Source: Octopus vulgaris | Taxonomy: Eukaryota | Assembly: GCA_951406725.2 (NCBI GenBank) | Contig: OX597816.1 | Location: 136,710,001-136,774,000 of the forward strand | Length of the DNA: 64,000 bases | Direction: 5' to 3' | Shown: positions 25,330-39,531 of the stretch, piece by piece | How the letters are laid out: each line of letters opens with the position of its first letter | How positions within the stretch are numbered: position 1 is the first letter of the stretch | Notes under the pieces: generated by a model | Databases searched by the model: none | Told to the model about the DNA's origin: nothing | What the model saw: only the letters and a program-made list of their open reading frames with translations | Program-made: the position numbers and the translations under genes

Positions 25330-25430
25330 GAATTATTATTATTATTATTATTGTTGTTGTTGTTGTTGTTGCTGTTCTTCTTCTTCTTCTTCTTCTTCTT
25401 CTTCTTTTTCTTTTTCTTTTTCTTTTTCTT

Positions 25431-25461
<31 letters not shown>

Positions 25462-25470
25462 TTATTATTC

Positions 25471-25514
<44 letters not shown>

Positions 25515-25515
25515 G
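25330..25515. repeat. Compound trinucleotide microsatellite (TTA)(TTG)(TTC)(TTA)
   Basis: Directly visible. Confidence 0.95.
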
Positions 25516-26160
25516 AATACATAAATCTCCCTCTCTGCAAGAATTGATGAACCTGGCTGTGTTTAAACTTTAATTTCAGCTTTTTTCTGGAAAAAGTCAT
25601 ACTTCCTTTGATTTTATAGTAAACATGAAATATATAAATACATATATAGAGATAATGATGCATATAAACAAATGAAACAGCTTGGGCTAGATACATGAAA
25701 TATACATACATACATACATACATACATACATACATACATACATACATACATACATACATACATACATACCGTATATACTCGAGTAATAGTCGATCTCATG
25801 TAAAAGTCGACCTTCTATTTTTGGCCAAGAAATTGGGAATTTTCCATAGACCCCGTATAAAAGTCGACCCTAGTATTTCACGAACAACAGGTCAACATTT
25901 GTGGGTCAAGGTGCCGTATTATCCTGTACCTAGAAATAACACTGTTACAAAATTGTGTGACTACCTTACTGTACCCTGCTCTATAGGTGGAACACTTGGT
26001 GGTTATAATGAAATGCTTGGTGATTATAATAAAACACCATTTAATAGCAAGCACTACAGATGTTGATGGGTGCTACATCACCATTACTAAATTGTATGCA
26101 CAGGATATGTTGCATGCCTGCATATATCTTCAAGCACAATTTATACATGCGTCATGTACT

Positions 26161-26572
26161 GACGCAGGAGTGGCTGTGTGGTAAGTAGCTTGCTAACCAA
26201 CCATATGGTTCCGGGTTCAGTCCCACTGCGTGGCATCTTGGGCAAGTGTCTTCTGCTATAGCCCCGGGCCGACCAATGCCTTGTGAGTGGATTTGGTAGA
26301 CGGAAACTGAAAGAAGCCTGTCGTATATATGTATATATATGTATGTGTGTGTTTGTGTGTCTGTGTTTGTCCCCCTAGCATTGCTTGACAACCGATGCTG
26401 GTGTGTTTATGTCCCCGTTACTTAGCGGTTCGGCAAAAGAGACCAATAGAATAAGTACTGGGCTTACAAAAGAATAAGTCCCGGGTCGAGTTGCTCGATT
26501 AAAGGCGGTGCTCCAGCATGGCCGCAGTCAAATGACTGAAACAAGTAAAAGTAAAAGTAAAGTAAAGTAAGT
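26161..26572 (+). mobile_element. Full-length CORE-like SINE
   Basis: Very similar to the 15436 copy and ends in (agtaa)n. Confidence 0.9.
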
Positions 26573-27231
26573 ACTCGTTGTTTACATGATGAGAAACGTG
26601 TTTCACAGGCAGCTCTATTGGCGAACACGGGCAAACGCCACTGTCTGAATTCATATAAAGGCATGAACTTTGGTAAGCCTAAAAACGTTCAATTAATCGC
26701 TAGATCAGTGGTTCCCATGCGACCTTCATGTTTTCCTCATCTTCAAATACAATAAACACATGCGTCATATGCTCGTCTATTTACCGACGGCACTATCGGC
26801 GAACAACAGCAAACACCACTGTATGAATCCGTACTGAGGTATGACTTCGTTAAGCCTAAAAATATCTAATTTCCAAACTTTTTTTTTTTTTTACCGCGGA
26901 ATCCTTCGACATTATTTTTTTAAAACGTGGAACTCCTGATAACTTTCAGGGAACCCAGGGTTTTGCAGAACATGAAAATAGTGCAATGTTTAGATATCAG
27001 CTGTATGCACCATATTACGGTAAGTAGTGGCATACCGGTACCGGGTAGTTTATGTTACCGGCGGTACTCTTCTATACTATAATAAGAGCCGCGTCCGTCT
27101 GTCTGTCCGAAGCCATCAGTAATTAGATAGAGGAAAAGAAAAAGTGAATGAAATAGAAAGAGAGTGAAAGAAAGAATGAATGAATGAAAGAAAGAGATAC
27201 TGAGGAAGGGCATCAGTCCGTCACAACATAT

Positions 27232-27998
27232 GGATCATTTCACTTTGACCGGCAGATTTTTAAAATAATTTCTGTGTAACTAAAAAATTTTAAACTTCGT
27301 ATACTGGTAGAATGTGTTTATAAAACATCTTTTTCTCTTAGCTTTCTTGAGAAAATTCTGTAGTTTGTAACATATTTGTTGTTTAATTTCTTGCATTTCG
27401 GCAATTTCAACCAATCAATGACGTCTATTGAGGTGAATTCAATTTCTGCCGTAACATTTTCTGGCGGTGTCATATGAAAATGTCCCTGATTTTTATAAGA
27501 TACCCTGTGGCCATAAACTGAGGGGTCACTCGTAAACAGAGCTGGATAACAAAACCGTTCCCTCTTTAGTGTCCACCCATAATTATGACCCTAGTATCAA
27601 TCGATTGCATTTCAATCTGTTTTGGGGTTAGGGTGAGAGTTAGGGTTAGGGATAGGGTTACGGTTAGGGTTAGGGTATCTTTTTTTCTTCAGAAATGTAA
27701 ATAAACCCAATCTGTTTCTTAAACGAATATATAATATGTAACAGGGATATTTTCATATGACGCCGCCAGAAAATGTTACGGCAGAAATTGAATTCACCTC
27801 ACTAGACGTCATTGATTGGTTGAAATTGCCGAAATGCAAGAAATTAAACAACAAATATGTTACAAACTACAAAATTTTCTCAAGAAAGCCAAGAGAAAAA
27901 GATGTTTTATAAACACATTCTACCAGTATACGAAGTTTAAACTTTTTTAGTTACATAGAAATTATTTTAAAAATCTGCCGGTCAAAGTGAAAAGATCC
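27232..27998. mobile_element. Foldback MITE, ~255-bp TIRs, 8-bp TSD, TTAGGG core (Merlin-like)
   Basis: Ends GGATCATTTCACTTTGACCGGCAG and CTGCCGGTCAAAGTGAAAAGATCC. TSD caacatat / caatatat. TTAGGG-like array at about 27624-27675. Confidence 0.88.
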
Positions 27999-28582
27999 CA
28001 ATATATCAATAACGAGAAAAACCAATAGTAGAGTTAGAGAGAGAGAGGGAGGTAGAGAAGTAGAGTTGAGAAGGGGAGAGAGAGAAAGAAAGAGAGACAG
28101 AGACACAAAGACAGAGAGAGAAAACATATGCGTATGTAAAAGGAATGTATGTATGAAACAGCGTTTGTCGTCAAAATGAAGCTGAATTTTTTTCCTTCTA
28201 CTTTCACTGTTTTGGAATTTTATTTCATATCATAAATTGTAACTGAAACATAATCCATCGTTTTGAATGAAATGTTTGCTTTGATAATGATAAAAGGAGA
28301 AAATATCATACGTAGAAGAAGAAAAAAAAAAACGATATTTCTTTTCTTCCTTCAAGTTTGTTTTAAGTTCTTGCCGATTGATATTATAATAACAGCCGCG
28401 TCCGTCCGTTCGTCTGTCCGTCTTTCTGAAGCCATCAGTAATTAGATAGAGGAAAAGAGAAGGTGAAGGAAATAGAAAGAGAGTGAAAGAAAGAAAGAAA
28501 GAAAGAAAGACTGAAAGAAAGAGATATTGAGGAAGAGCGTCAGTCCGTCACAACATAACAATAACGAAGGAAGGGGTGATAA

Positions 28583-28617
<35 letters not shown>

Positions 28618-28790
28618 AGGCGGTAGAGAAGTAGAGTTGAGAAGGGGAGGAAGAGAAATAAAGAGAGACAGAGACAGACACAAAGAGAGTGAGAGAGATA
28701 GGTAGAGAGAGAACATATGCGTATGTAAAAGGAATGTATGTGATTGTGAGTGTGTGTGTACTATGGAAGTGTAAGAGAATACTGAACGCT

Positions 28791-28889
<99 letters not shown>

Positions 28890-29097
28890 AAAAGGAAGTA
28901 TATAAATGATTTTTTGTATGAAACAGCGTTTGTCGTCAAAATGAAACTGAATTTTTTTTCCTTCTTCTTTCACTGTTTTGAACCTCACGCTGTGTAAATA
29001 AGATACCAATATTGTTATCATGATACACTCGCCTGTCTCACTATTATGTTTTTATTTTCATACTCTTCTATTTAATTAATAAATATTTAATTAAGAT

Positions 29098-32000
29098 TTG
29101 TCCATGGAAGAGGAACGGTCCAATTATAGAAGAAGTGCAAAATGTTTGAGTCAGCAATTAGGAAGATTGAGGCAAACTAAAGAACAGAAAGAAGACAAAC
29201 TTAAAAGGAACGTAGAAAGACAGCTTCAGCTCCGTTTAGCGCAGTCACACGAGCGAAGAAAGCAAATTTTAGAACAAGATGCTGCTCAGCACAGAAATGC
29301 AAGACAACTGTCACAAGAACAACGTGAACAGATTTTAGAACATAATGCAATACAACACAGACGTCGGCAAATCAATAATAGGCTGGCTCTTAATATAGCT
29401 CGACAATATGATATAGATGGACTTCTACAGGTTCCCGTTGACGTTGCTCGTCATAGCTGCGGCCTATTGGAAGTGCGTTTTGGTGTATGTTGTGGATCTT
29501 TTCGGTTTGAACGGCAGTTTTTTTCTAGCGGTCTCTTATGAAATTGTCACCCATAATTATGACCCTAGTATCGATCTATTGCATTTCAATCTGTTTTAGG
29601 GTTAGGGTTAGTTAGGGTTAGGGGTGGGGGAAGGGTATCTTTTTTCTTCAGAAATGTAAATAAACCCAATCTGTTTCTTAAATGAGGGACATATTCATAC
29701 AGCACAGGATGTATTCACCTCAATAGACGTCATTGATTGGTTGAAATTGCAGAAATTGAAGAAATAATCAACAAATATCTTACAAACTATAGAATTTTCT
29801 CAATAAAGCCAAGAAAAAAAGATGTTTTATAAACACATTCTACCAGTATACGAAGTTTAAAAGTGTTTAGTTACGTGGAAATTATTTTTAAAAAACTGCC
29901 GTTCAAACCGAAAAGATCCTATGTTGTAAATCAGGAATGATAAAAATCGAAAGTATCCCTGAGTTACCGAACGAACTTGCTGATCTCTTTCTTTCTAATA
30001 CTCCTGAAGCTAAATATTTCAAATGTAATATTCGAAGGTTCAACAGCGCAATGGCAATGTGTTCTATGAAAGTAGATGATACTGACAGGAATTACAAATT
30101 ACAGAATGCATGGAATTCTTTATAGAGTTATTGGAGCTCCTAGAAACCAAATAGGAACAGTCCCGTCTAGCATACAAACGTATTTCTATATTCATGAAGA
30201 ACAGATAAGAAGACGAACAGAAAGAATGCCTCTTAACGATGCTAACCAAGCCTTCGATGTAAATATATTTCGAAAAATTCATTCTGCTATCATATCTGCT
30301 GGAAATACTTACAATCTTTTCTATCCGTGCAGGAGCAAATTAACGCTGGAAAATATTCCTGCTGCTGTGACAGTTGGCTTACATGCGGATAAAAAAACCT
30401 CATGGAGAACACTCCAGGAGATATAATCTACCAACTTCTAATGAGCTTGCTATTCTTACACCAAATAATCTTGATGAGTAAACGAATTGTTCAAAACGAA
30501 TGGTCGTAACAAAACTCAGAGCAGAGAATAACCAAAAATCTTTACAAATATTAAGTGACTCGCATCGATCATACGACCCAATGATGTATCCGTGTTTTTT
30601 TCCCTTCTGGCCTAGATAGGTGGCACCTTGGATTAATGAATGAAAATGGTAACCGTCAAATTTCAATAGCTCAATTTTATTGTTATCGCATCATGAAAAG
30701 AACAGTATCTACAAGTTTATTGCAATTAGGTCAGCGTTTGTTTCAGCAATGCTGTGTAGATCAATTTGCCAAAGTACAATCCACCCGTCTACGATATATT
30801 CGTAACAATCAAGCAAACTTAGAAGTTGATTTATATAATGGCTTACAAGATGCCATACTTGCAAGTCGTACTGATCGTACAGGCCGTAGATATATATTGC
30901 CAACTTCATTTACAGGAAGTCCGCGATATATGGCAAAACATTACCAGGATGAAATGGATATAGTTAGAAAGTTTGGCAAACCTACTTTATTTCTGATTTT
31001 TACATGCAACCCAAAATGACATGAAATAGTTAACGAGCTTTCTGTGGGCCAGACGGTGGTTGACCCACCAGATATTACTGCAAGACTATTTAAACTAAAG
31101 TAACAGCAACTATTTCCTTGGGAAACTTATTGCTCGTGTGAACATAGTGGAATTTCAAAAAAAGAGGATTACCTCAGTGCCATTTCTTATTCATAATACA
31201 AAATCATCACAACACATGACAAGAAATTGATAAAATTTGAACTTCCTAATCCCGAAAACCCATTAATGTCACACCTTTATTCCTTGGTGAAGAAACACAT
31301 GATACATGGACCCCGTGGAAAAAAATAATTTAAATTCTCCCTGCATGGTGAATGGTGTTTGCATTAAAAGATATCTAAAAGATTACAGATCACAAACCTT
31401 AATTGGAAATGATTCTTATCCACAATATCGTCGCCAAAAACCCCCGAGATGGTAGCTTCACAGCTTCCATACGTGTTGGAAATAGAGAAATTGTTGTTGA
31501 TAACCGTTATGTAGTTCATTATAATGCTTGGTTGTTGCAGAAGTACGAGGCGCATATTAATCTTAAATGGTGTGCATCTATTAAAGCTGTGAAATATCTT
31601 TACAAGTACATTTTCAAAGGTGTTGACTATGCAACAGTTTCTTTACATAGACAAGATGGCGTGCGTCTTAATGTTGGCAACGAAAATCAAATGGATGAAA
31701 TTTCGAATTACGAAAATTGCCGCTATATTGGAGCGTCAGAGACTTGCTGGAGATTATTTGAGTTTCCAATTCAGCAAAGGCAGCCTCATTAGAAAATGAT
31801 CAAGAATGGGAACTTTGTCTAAATGAGGAAAGAACAATATGTTCAGCGAATGATTTACGAAATTTGTTTGTCAGTATTCTTCAGTTTTGCTTTCCATCCA
31901 GACAACTAGAATTATACAACATGTTTTGCAAAGATTTTTGCTGAGGTTACTTCCATCAGATGAGACAACACAATTTTTCTCATGAAGCAGCTTTGGATAT

Positions 32001-33601
32001 TGCCCTAAATGATATGCTGTGTGAATTGGATCATCGCATGGGTCAGTATGACCGTAGTACAATATTTTTTAGATTGCCTGCTGCTATTCATGATCTCCGA
32101 ATGAATGTTCTACTTCATGAAGATGAGAAGGATCCAAATGCAGAAGAATTTTTCAATGCTAACATCCATACGCTAAATAATGACCAGAGAATAATTTTTG
32201 AAAATATTCAACAGAAAATTGATAGAAATGAAGGTGGTTTGATATTTATTGATGCACGCGGGGGTACTGGCAAAACTTTTCTTCATAATATATTACTGTC
32301 TTATGTGTGCAAAAATAACCAACTAGCTTTTGCGTCATCAGGCATTGCTGCGACACTATAGAAGCTAGGTCGCACTACTCACTCTCGATTCAAGCTCCCC
32401 ATACCGGTAAACTATAATTCAACCGGTAAACTATAATTCAACATGCAAAATATCTCCTCTTGATGTCACTGGTCGTTTGCTTCATGATGCACGCTTGATT
32501 GTTTGGGACGAGGCACCCATGTGTCATCGTTATCTATTTGAATCGCTGAATCTAACACTGAAGGATGTAATGAACAATGACTTGATCTTTGGCGGCAAAT
32601 TGATAATTTTAGGTTGTGATTTTCGTCAAATTCTTCCAGTGCTTCGAAGAGCACGAAGGTCTTCTCTAATTGGAGTATGTTTGAAAAAATCCGTAAATGC
32701 GAAGTACTTCATCTCATCACTAATATGCGAGTGCGAAAACTGTCTCAGCAATAATGATACCACCTCTCAAGCTCGACTGGCATATCATTCTGTTTGGTTA
32801 TTGCAAGTTGGTGATGGAAGAATCCCCAATGTTCAAAGATAATTATACGATGATGTAATAGAGATTCATCAGCAATTTCGAGTCAACAGCAAGGAGGATT
32901 TGAACAACCATGTCTATGAAAATTTAGAGGTTAATTTTAACAATGCCCAATGGTTATCATCACAAGCAATATTAACAACAAAGAATGAAGAAGTTGACAA
33001 TCTAAATAAACACATAATCCAGAAATTTCCAGGTGAGACATATACTCTGAGGAGTATTGATTCCGTTGCAGAAGATCAACTATCTGGACTCTATCCTCCT
33101 AAATTTCTGAATTCTCTTAATAAGTAGTATGCCACTTCACATTATCAAATTAAAAAGGGTGTTCCTATAATGTTGCTAAGAAACTTAGATCAGAGAAATG
33201 AGCATTGCAATGGTGTACGTTATAGACGGTTATCGGTGTCAGATAATATGATCACTGCAAGTAAAATAACTGATGTTGATGCAGGATGCACACTTTTCAT
33301 TCCCTGCATTATTCTGCAACCATCTGATACCGATTTGCCCTTTATTTTGAAAAGACGCCCATTTCCAGTGAGACCTGCTTTCGCGATGTTTATAAACAAA
33401 AGTCAAAGACAAAGCCTTTCTAAGTGCGGTGTCTACATGCCCGCGCCCGTATTTACTCACGGCCATGTATATGTCGCTCTTAGTAGAATTGGGGATCCAG
33501 TGAATCTTAAAATATTTGCTGATCAAAAAGAATTTACTAAATCAGGAACAAGTAGATGTCATAATGAAAATGTAAGAAGACTTACGCGTAATATTGTCTA
33601 A
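29098..33601 (+). pseudogene. Helitron Rep/PIF1-helicase (RepHel), many stops and frameshifts
   Basis: Rep motifs LPTSFTGSPRYM, PTLFLIFTCNP, EFQK.GLP and KYLYKYIFKG. Helicase motifs GGTGKTF, IVWDEAPM, DFRQILPV, MLLRNL, INKSQ and HGHVYVALSR. Confidence 0.93.
29494..29919. mobile_element. MITE, ~29-bp TIRs, perfect 8-bp TSD, TTAGGG core (Merlin-like)
   Basis: TIR GGATCTTTTCGGTTTGAACGGCAGTTTTT at both ends, TSD TATGTTGT. Its removal restores the Helitron frame GVCCKSGMIKIESIPELP. Confidence 0.92.
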
Positions 33602-33942
33602 ACGGAAATAGTGTTAATATTGATATGCTGCCTATGTGAAAAGTATAGATTTGATAAAAGAGAATGTGTAAATATTTATAAGAGTTATGCGGTCTTGTTT
33701 ACGGGTTTTGTTATTTACTAGTACGTGTGTTTTGATGCATAGAATTGGTAATATTACTGTAAGTCATTGTGTCTTTGTTTTTATTCCCTTAGAGACCAGT
33801 TGGGCTCCTGTTGTTGATATAGTACTTCGGATTCTAGTTTGAATTTCAGCCCCTCAAAAGTAGTATCCATGTAATAGTCGACCCCATAAATTTGACCTTA
33901 AAAAATGGTCTAAAAAATTCGACTTTTACACGAGTATATACG

Positions 33943-34061
<119 letters not shown>

Positions 34062-35007
34062 CATACATACATGCATACATACATACATACATACATACAT
34101 ACATACATACATACATACATACATACATACATACATACATACATACATACATGTAAATAGAGAGAAAACAAAAACTGAAAATATACAGACGATGAACATT
34201 CATTTATAAATGTATCATAGGTTAAACAGCTGTTTCTGGGGGCTCAGAGTTACTTCGTTAGATGCCTATCTCTCCACCCTGAAGATGGAGGCCGAATTTA
34301 CCTAATTTTTGTATGCCTCCACTACTAGTTGCATATTTTTTACTTTTTGTGAACTACATCTGCAGCATTATGAAGTAATTCCGATCTCCCAGAAAGAGCT
34401 GTCCTATCTGTAGTACCATACGTTTTCCCCATAATTTTTTTTTGTGTATGTGTCTTTGTACTTTATGTACATCTACTCTGTTAATATATAAATATCTGTA
34501 TATTTATACATAAATGTTCATTGTCTGAATATCTTTAGTCTTTGTCTCTCTCTCTCTTTCTATATATATATATATATATATGTATATTTTATATATCGTG
34601 CCCAAGCTGTTTTATTTGTTTAGTTGCATCATTGTCTCCATATATACTCACCTGGATTCCTCTTATAGCCACTCTTTAACCTGCGGATTTAGTCCTCAGC
34701 GAAGATTTCGGCGTGCTACTGAGTGTTTTCTATACTGAGCATCTTTGGATCTCATTTGCTGAGTCTCTCTCTCTCCCTCTCTCTCTTTCTGTATATGTAT
34801 AGGTGACCAAAATTCCATGAGTCAGAAAATAAGTCATTCATATATTAAGTCATTCTACGTGTTCCTGAGTCCCCATATGTTCTATCCTTGTGTTACATTT
34901 TTACGCTAAGGAAGGTAATAACTCGAATGGAGAAAGATATAAATATGTTGGAAGAGAAGGAGGAGAAGGGGAGACAAAGAGAGAAGTGGGAATAGTGGAA
35001 TGGAAAA

Positions 35008-35051
<44 letters not shown>

Positions 35052-35144
35052 AGAGAGATTGGGGTGGGGAGGGTAGAATGGAAAACAAAGAGAGAAACAG
35101 AAATAATTGAAGCAATGGAAAATAGAAAGAGAAAATACACGAGA

Positions 35145-36127
35145 GAGTTATCTCAAAGTCTACCTGATGTCTTCACGATGCACTGCGTGATTCACCGACA
35201 AGATCATGTGGCACGAAACCTTAGTGGTCGTCTTCACGATTCCTTAAACACGCTCATCACTGCCGTGAATAAAATCAAATCTCATGCTCTGAACTCTTGC
35301 CTGTTTCAACAGCTTTGCTTTGAAAACAACTTTCAAAACTTGCTGCTCCACACAGAGGAGAGGTGGTTATCACGGGGAAATTGTCTGAATCGCTTTTATG
35401 TTTTATTCAGTAACGGAGTTCTTTGATACCGCCGTCCCAGGACTTAGTGTGAGGCTTAGATGCATAAAGAAAGATATTGCATACTTGTTTGGCTTATTCA
35501 CTAAATTCAACGAAGTGAATAAGCAGCTGCAAGGAGATGGGTTAATCTCATCCAAGTTAAGTCAACCATCTCAACATTTCAAGCGAAACTTGTTATGTAT
35601 AAGCGCAATATTGGACGCAGGGAGTTTTTCCAGTTTCCTTGCTTGTCTGGTTTTGAAAAGGACGGAAAACCTGCAAACGAGGATCTGCTTGTCTTTTGCT
35701 CCCTCCTCAATGAACTGCATGAAGATGTGGAGCGTCGATTTCATGATCTGTTTGCTCTTCGAGTTCCTGACTGGACTGTCAACTCCTTCATTGACATCGG
35801 TGAAGAAGAGAATGGAGAGTTAGAAGAGGAGCTGATAACTCTTCAAAATGATATTGAATTGAAGCCTAAACTTCACAAGTCCGATCAAGAATTTTGGTTT
35901 CAAAAGGCTATCCATGACTGCTTTCGGAGCTTTGGAAGAAAGTCAAATTGTTTTCATTGCCTTTCCAACATCTTATTTGGTTGAGAGAGGATTCAGTGCA
36001 GTCACTTGCCTTCTTACGAAGCAGCGGCGTAAGCACTGAGTGTGGTGATCTCAGGCTTATTTTTAGCGCAATTCATCCTGAGGTTGGGAGGCTACTTTCA
36101 CTTCACCAAGCTCATCCTTCTCATTGA
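35145..36127 (+). pseudogene. hAT (Charlie/Buster, ZBED8/SCAND3-like) transposase C-terminal remnant
   Basis: HCVIHRQ, LLLHTEERWLSRGNCL, the dimerisation-region motif AFPTSYLVERGFSAV and terminal HQAHPSH*. Frameshifted. Confidence 0.88.
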
Positions 36128-36881
36128 CCCCCCTCCAAAAGCCTATTTGGATGGGCTGTTTTAGTGATATACTATTATGGCTTTAGTCTTTCATCTTTCT
36201 TTTGCTATAAACATCATAGCAACATATAATATTTTAATGCACGAACTTTGTGATAAACAAACTCTTGTTTTTGGTGCGAAATTCCCTTCGTACAGGACTT
36301 ATAACATTGCTTTTTTTATACATTCCTTTGTTGCATGTATTTCTTTTCTTTTGTGGGTGACTCTTGTACCATTACTACTGCTGCACTGCTAGTAATCAAG
36401 ACCTGCACTTGCAACCACTTATTGACCACTGTATTTTGTGATTTCTATTTCATGTAAAGTTGTGCATGGTTTTTTAGAGGTCATAAATTACATACGGAAA
36501 CTAACTTTCTGGGCAGCATACAACTGGCACTTGCTCTCAGTATGTTTGCATATTTTGTTCTTTATTTATAAATTTTTGTATTAAAATGTTGCTTCCCTTT
36601 TTTCCTAACACCTTACTCTCTTGCCACGGGATAATATGGTGATGTATCAAAGCGAGTTAACTACCTTTCTTCACATATTGTTTGCATTTACGAAGTGGAA
36701 AGCTCCGTTTACCGAAACACTATCGGTGTGCATGCGTGCACCACTTTGCTAAACGTTGCTGCTAAAGGTTCTTTTGCGAAACAGAGAGGCAAAAAGATCT
36801 GTTTCTGCTGTGACTCGAAGAGAGAGGAACTGCGACTGAAGTGTGAATAATGTTGAACCATCAGAAGATCTTGGAAACCTT

Positions 36882-36938
<57 letters not shown>

Positions 36939-37395
36939 CATACATACATACATACATACATAGTTAAGGTTGTTCTGTTAAGAACGTATAAGAGTACACA
37001 TAGAACTCGTTCACCCTTAGAATTCCTAAATAGCCGGGAGTATTATTATGGTATGCTACCAATTCTAGCCTCGTGTGTGAAAATAAAAAGTAAAAAGTAA
37101 AAGATTGAAAAGAAAGTGTAAGTACGATTTGGCAGCTTTTTAATCAAGTTTCAAAGAAGAAGCCATGGATGTTGTAGCATGGAACTCTAGATTTACTTAC
37201 GGAGACAGCAACTGGGTATCGCCTGAGGGGATTCATATAGATCTTCTTATGCAGGTAAATCGTTACATAATTTAATTTAACTTTAAATCCTTTATATACG
37301 AGGATCTGTATGTATCAAAACATTTGTAGCGATTAAAAAGCTGCCTAACCGTACTTACTCTTCCATTTGACTCTTACTTTTTACTTTTTATATAA

Positions 37396-37483
<88 letters not shown>

Positions 37484-38044
37484 TATATAAATATATACAT
37501 ATATACATACATATATGTACATACCTACACATATATGTATATATACATGCATATATGGGTACAGGACATAAAAAAAAAACGTTGAACACAATGAGAAACG
37601 GAAACATAGAAAACGAACTTTTTTCGAACAACGAAAAAAACAGAGAAACGAGACATGCAACATAAAGAATATTCCCTTCTTCAGTTGTCCCTATTTCATC
37701 TACTCCGCGTTACGAAGGCAAGGACAATACACGACTTCGTTGAAACAGTCCTTCACGCAAAGCAAATTAAATAAAATTTGGGATTTTTTGCGGAGGGTGA
37801 AAGTGGTAACAAGAACAGGACAGTGAGAACAAAGCAGTAAAAACAGAAGGTGAGGGTTGTTAAGCCAAGACGATAGAAAAATTATTATGAATGCTAGGAA
37901 GACGAGCTTATGAGAAGAGACAGGTATAAGCACGTGTTGTCTTTAGGAAGGAAATGAGCAGAAAGATAGATTCTCTTTCGTTACGTGTAAGCGACGAGAG
38001 AATTAAGGAGGAAGAGTGAGAGAGAGGGATTCACATATATCTTT

Positions 38045-38385
38045 TGGTTTATCTCTTACTTCATTCAGACTGTGGACATGCTGGGGTACCGCCTTGAAGG
38101 ATTTTATTCGAATGCGTTGACCCTAGTACTTAAATTTTTAAGCCTAGTACGTTGCCGAACCATTAGACTACGGGGTTGCACACACACACACACACACACA
38201 AACACCGATTATAAAGTGGACAATCACACACACACATACACATGATGAGCTTTCATTTTCTGTCTACAAATTCCACTCACAAGGCTTTGGTTGGCTCGAG
38301 GATATCGCAGGAGTCACCTGCCTAAGATATCATGCAGTGGGTCTGAACGCGGAACTGTGTAGTTGGGAAGTAAACTTGCGCCTGT
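38045..38385 (-). mobile_element. Diverged CORE-like SINE (reverse)
   Basis: catgctggggtaccgccttgaagg (tail) through ccactcacaaggctttgg to catgcagtgggtctgaac (head). Confidence 0.7.
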
Positions 38386-38600
38386 ATGTATGTATGTATG
38401 TATGTATGTATGTATTTATGTATGTATGTATGTACGTACGTATGTATGTATGTATGTATGTATGTATGTATGTATGTATGTATGTATGTATGTATGTATG
38501 TATGTATATACATATATAGGAAATTATGCAGATAAGTAAATGAAATATATTAAATATAGTAGCTTGGGTGTGAAATACAAAATATGTATATATGTATATA

Positions 38601-38644
<44 letters not shown>

Positions 38645-38959
38645 CGTGCGCGTGTGTGTTCATGCAAAACGAGAGAAACCAGAGCGGAGACTTTCAAACG
38701 ATGAGTATTTGAGTATAAATATATAGACATTTATATTAATAGATCCAGGAGCTATTAATATAAACTTCTGTATTTAATATATTTCATTCGTTTATCCGCA
38801 TAATTCCTTCCATATTTGTTCAAGATAATCCCTCTTATAACCATTCTTTACCCTGCGGAATTGATCCCCTGTAAAGACATCGGAGTCTAATTTTGCATCA
38901 TTCGAACGCTACTAAGTGTTTTCTATACTGAGAATCCCTGGATCTCATCTGTTGATATT

Positions 38960-39193
38960 CTTTTATCCTTTTAGTTGTTTCAGTCATTTGATTGTGGCCA
39001 TGCTGGAGCACCGCCTTGAAGGGTTTTTTCAGTCGAAGAAATCCACCCCAGGACTTATCTTTTCTAAGCATAACCTCTTCTGCCGAACAGGTAAGTTACG
39101 TTGATGTAAACAGCCCAACATCGGTTGTCAAGCGATGGTGGGGGAAAAACACAGATACAAAGACATACACACACACACACATAACTGTGTGTG

Positions 39194-39233
<40 letters not shown>

Positions 39234-39403
39234 ACGGGGTTTTTTAATTTTCCGTCTTCTAAATCCAACCAAATCCACTCACAAGGCTTTGATCGGCCCA
39301 AGGCTATAGTAGAAGACACTTGCCCAAGGTACCATGCAGCGGGACTGAACCCAGAACCATGTGGTTAGGAAGCGAGCTTCTTACCACACACCAGCGCCTG
39401 CGA
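38960..39403 (-). mobile_element. CORE-like SINE (reverse)
   Basis: ttgtttcagtcatttgattgtggccatgctggagcaccgcc through cacttgcccaagg to cttaccacacaccagcgcctgcg. Confidence 0.82.
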
Positions 39404-39407
39404 CTAT

Positions 39408-39442
<35 letters not shown>

Positions 39443-39489
39443 CATATACGCATATAAAATCCCGCGTTTGCACACGCACACACGCTCTC

Positions 39490-39531
<42 letters not shown>

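Larger units (their letters stand above)
27071..33721 (+). mobile_element. Decayed autonomous Helitron with duplicated 5' end
   Basis: 5' tctatactataataa (second copy near 28381), RepHel remnant at 29098-33601, and a 3' CTAG|T at about 33718-33722. Confidence 0.82.

Noticed and set aside
27624-27675. TTAGGG arrays as a telomere or chromosome fusion scar
   Set aside because: All arrays are short, degenerate and enclosed by TIRs with TSDs, so they are MITE cargo.
37670-37760. gacaactgaagaaggg and cg.aacgcg motifs suggesting hammerheads (similar at 7627 and 24585)
   Set aside because: The core halves could not be assembled into a closed three-stem fold in these copies.
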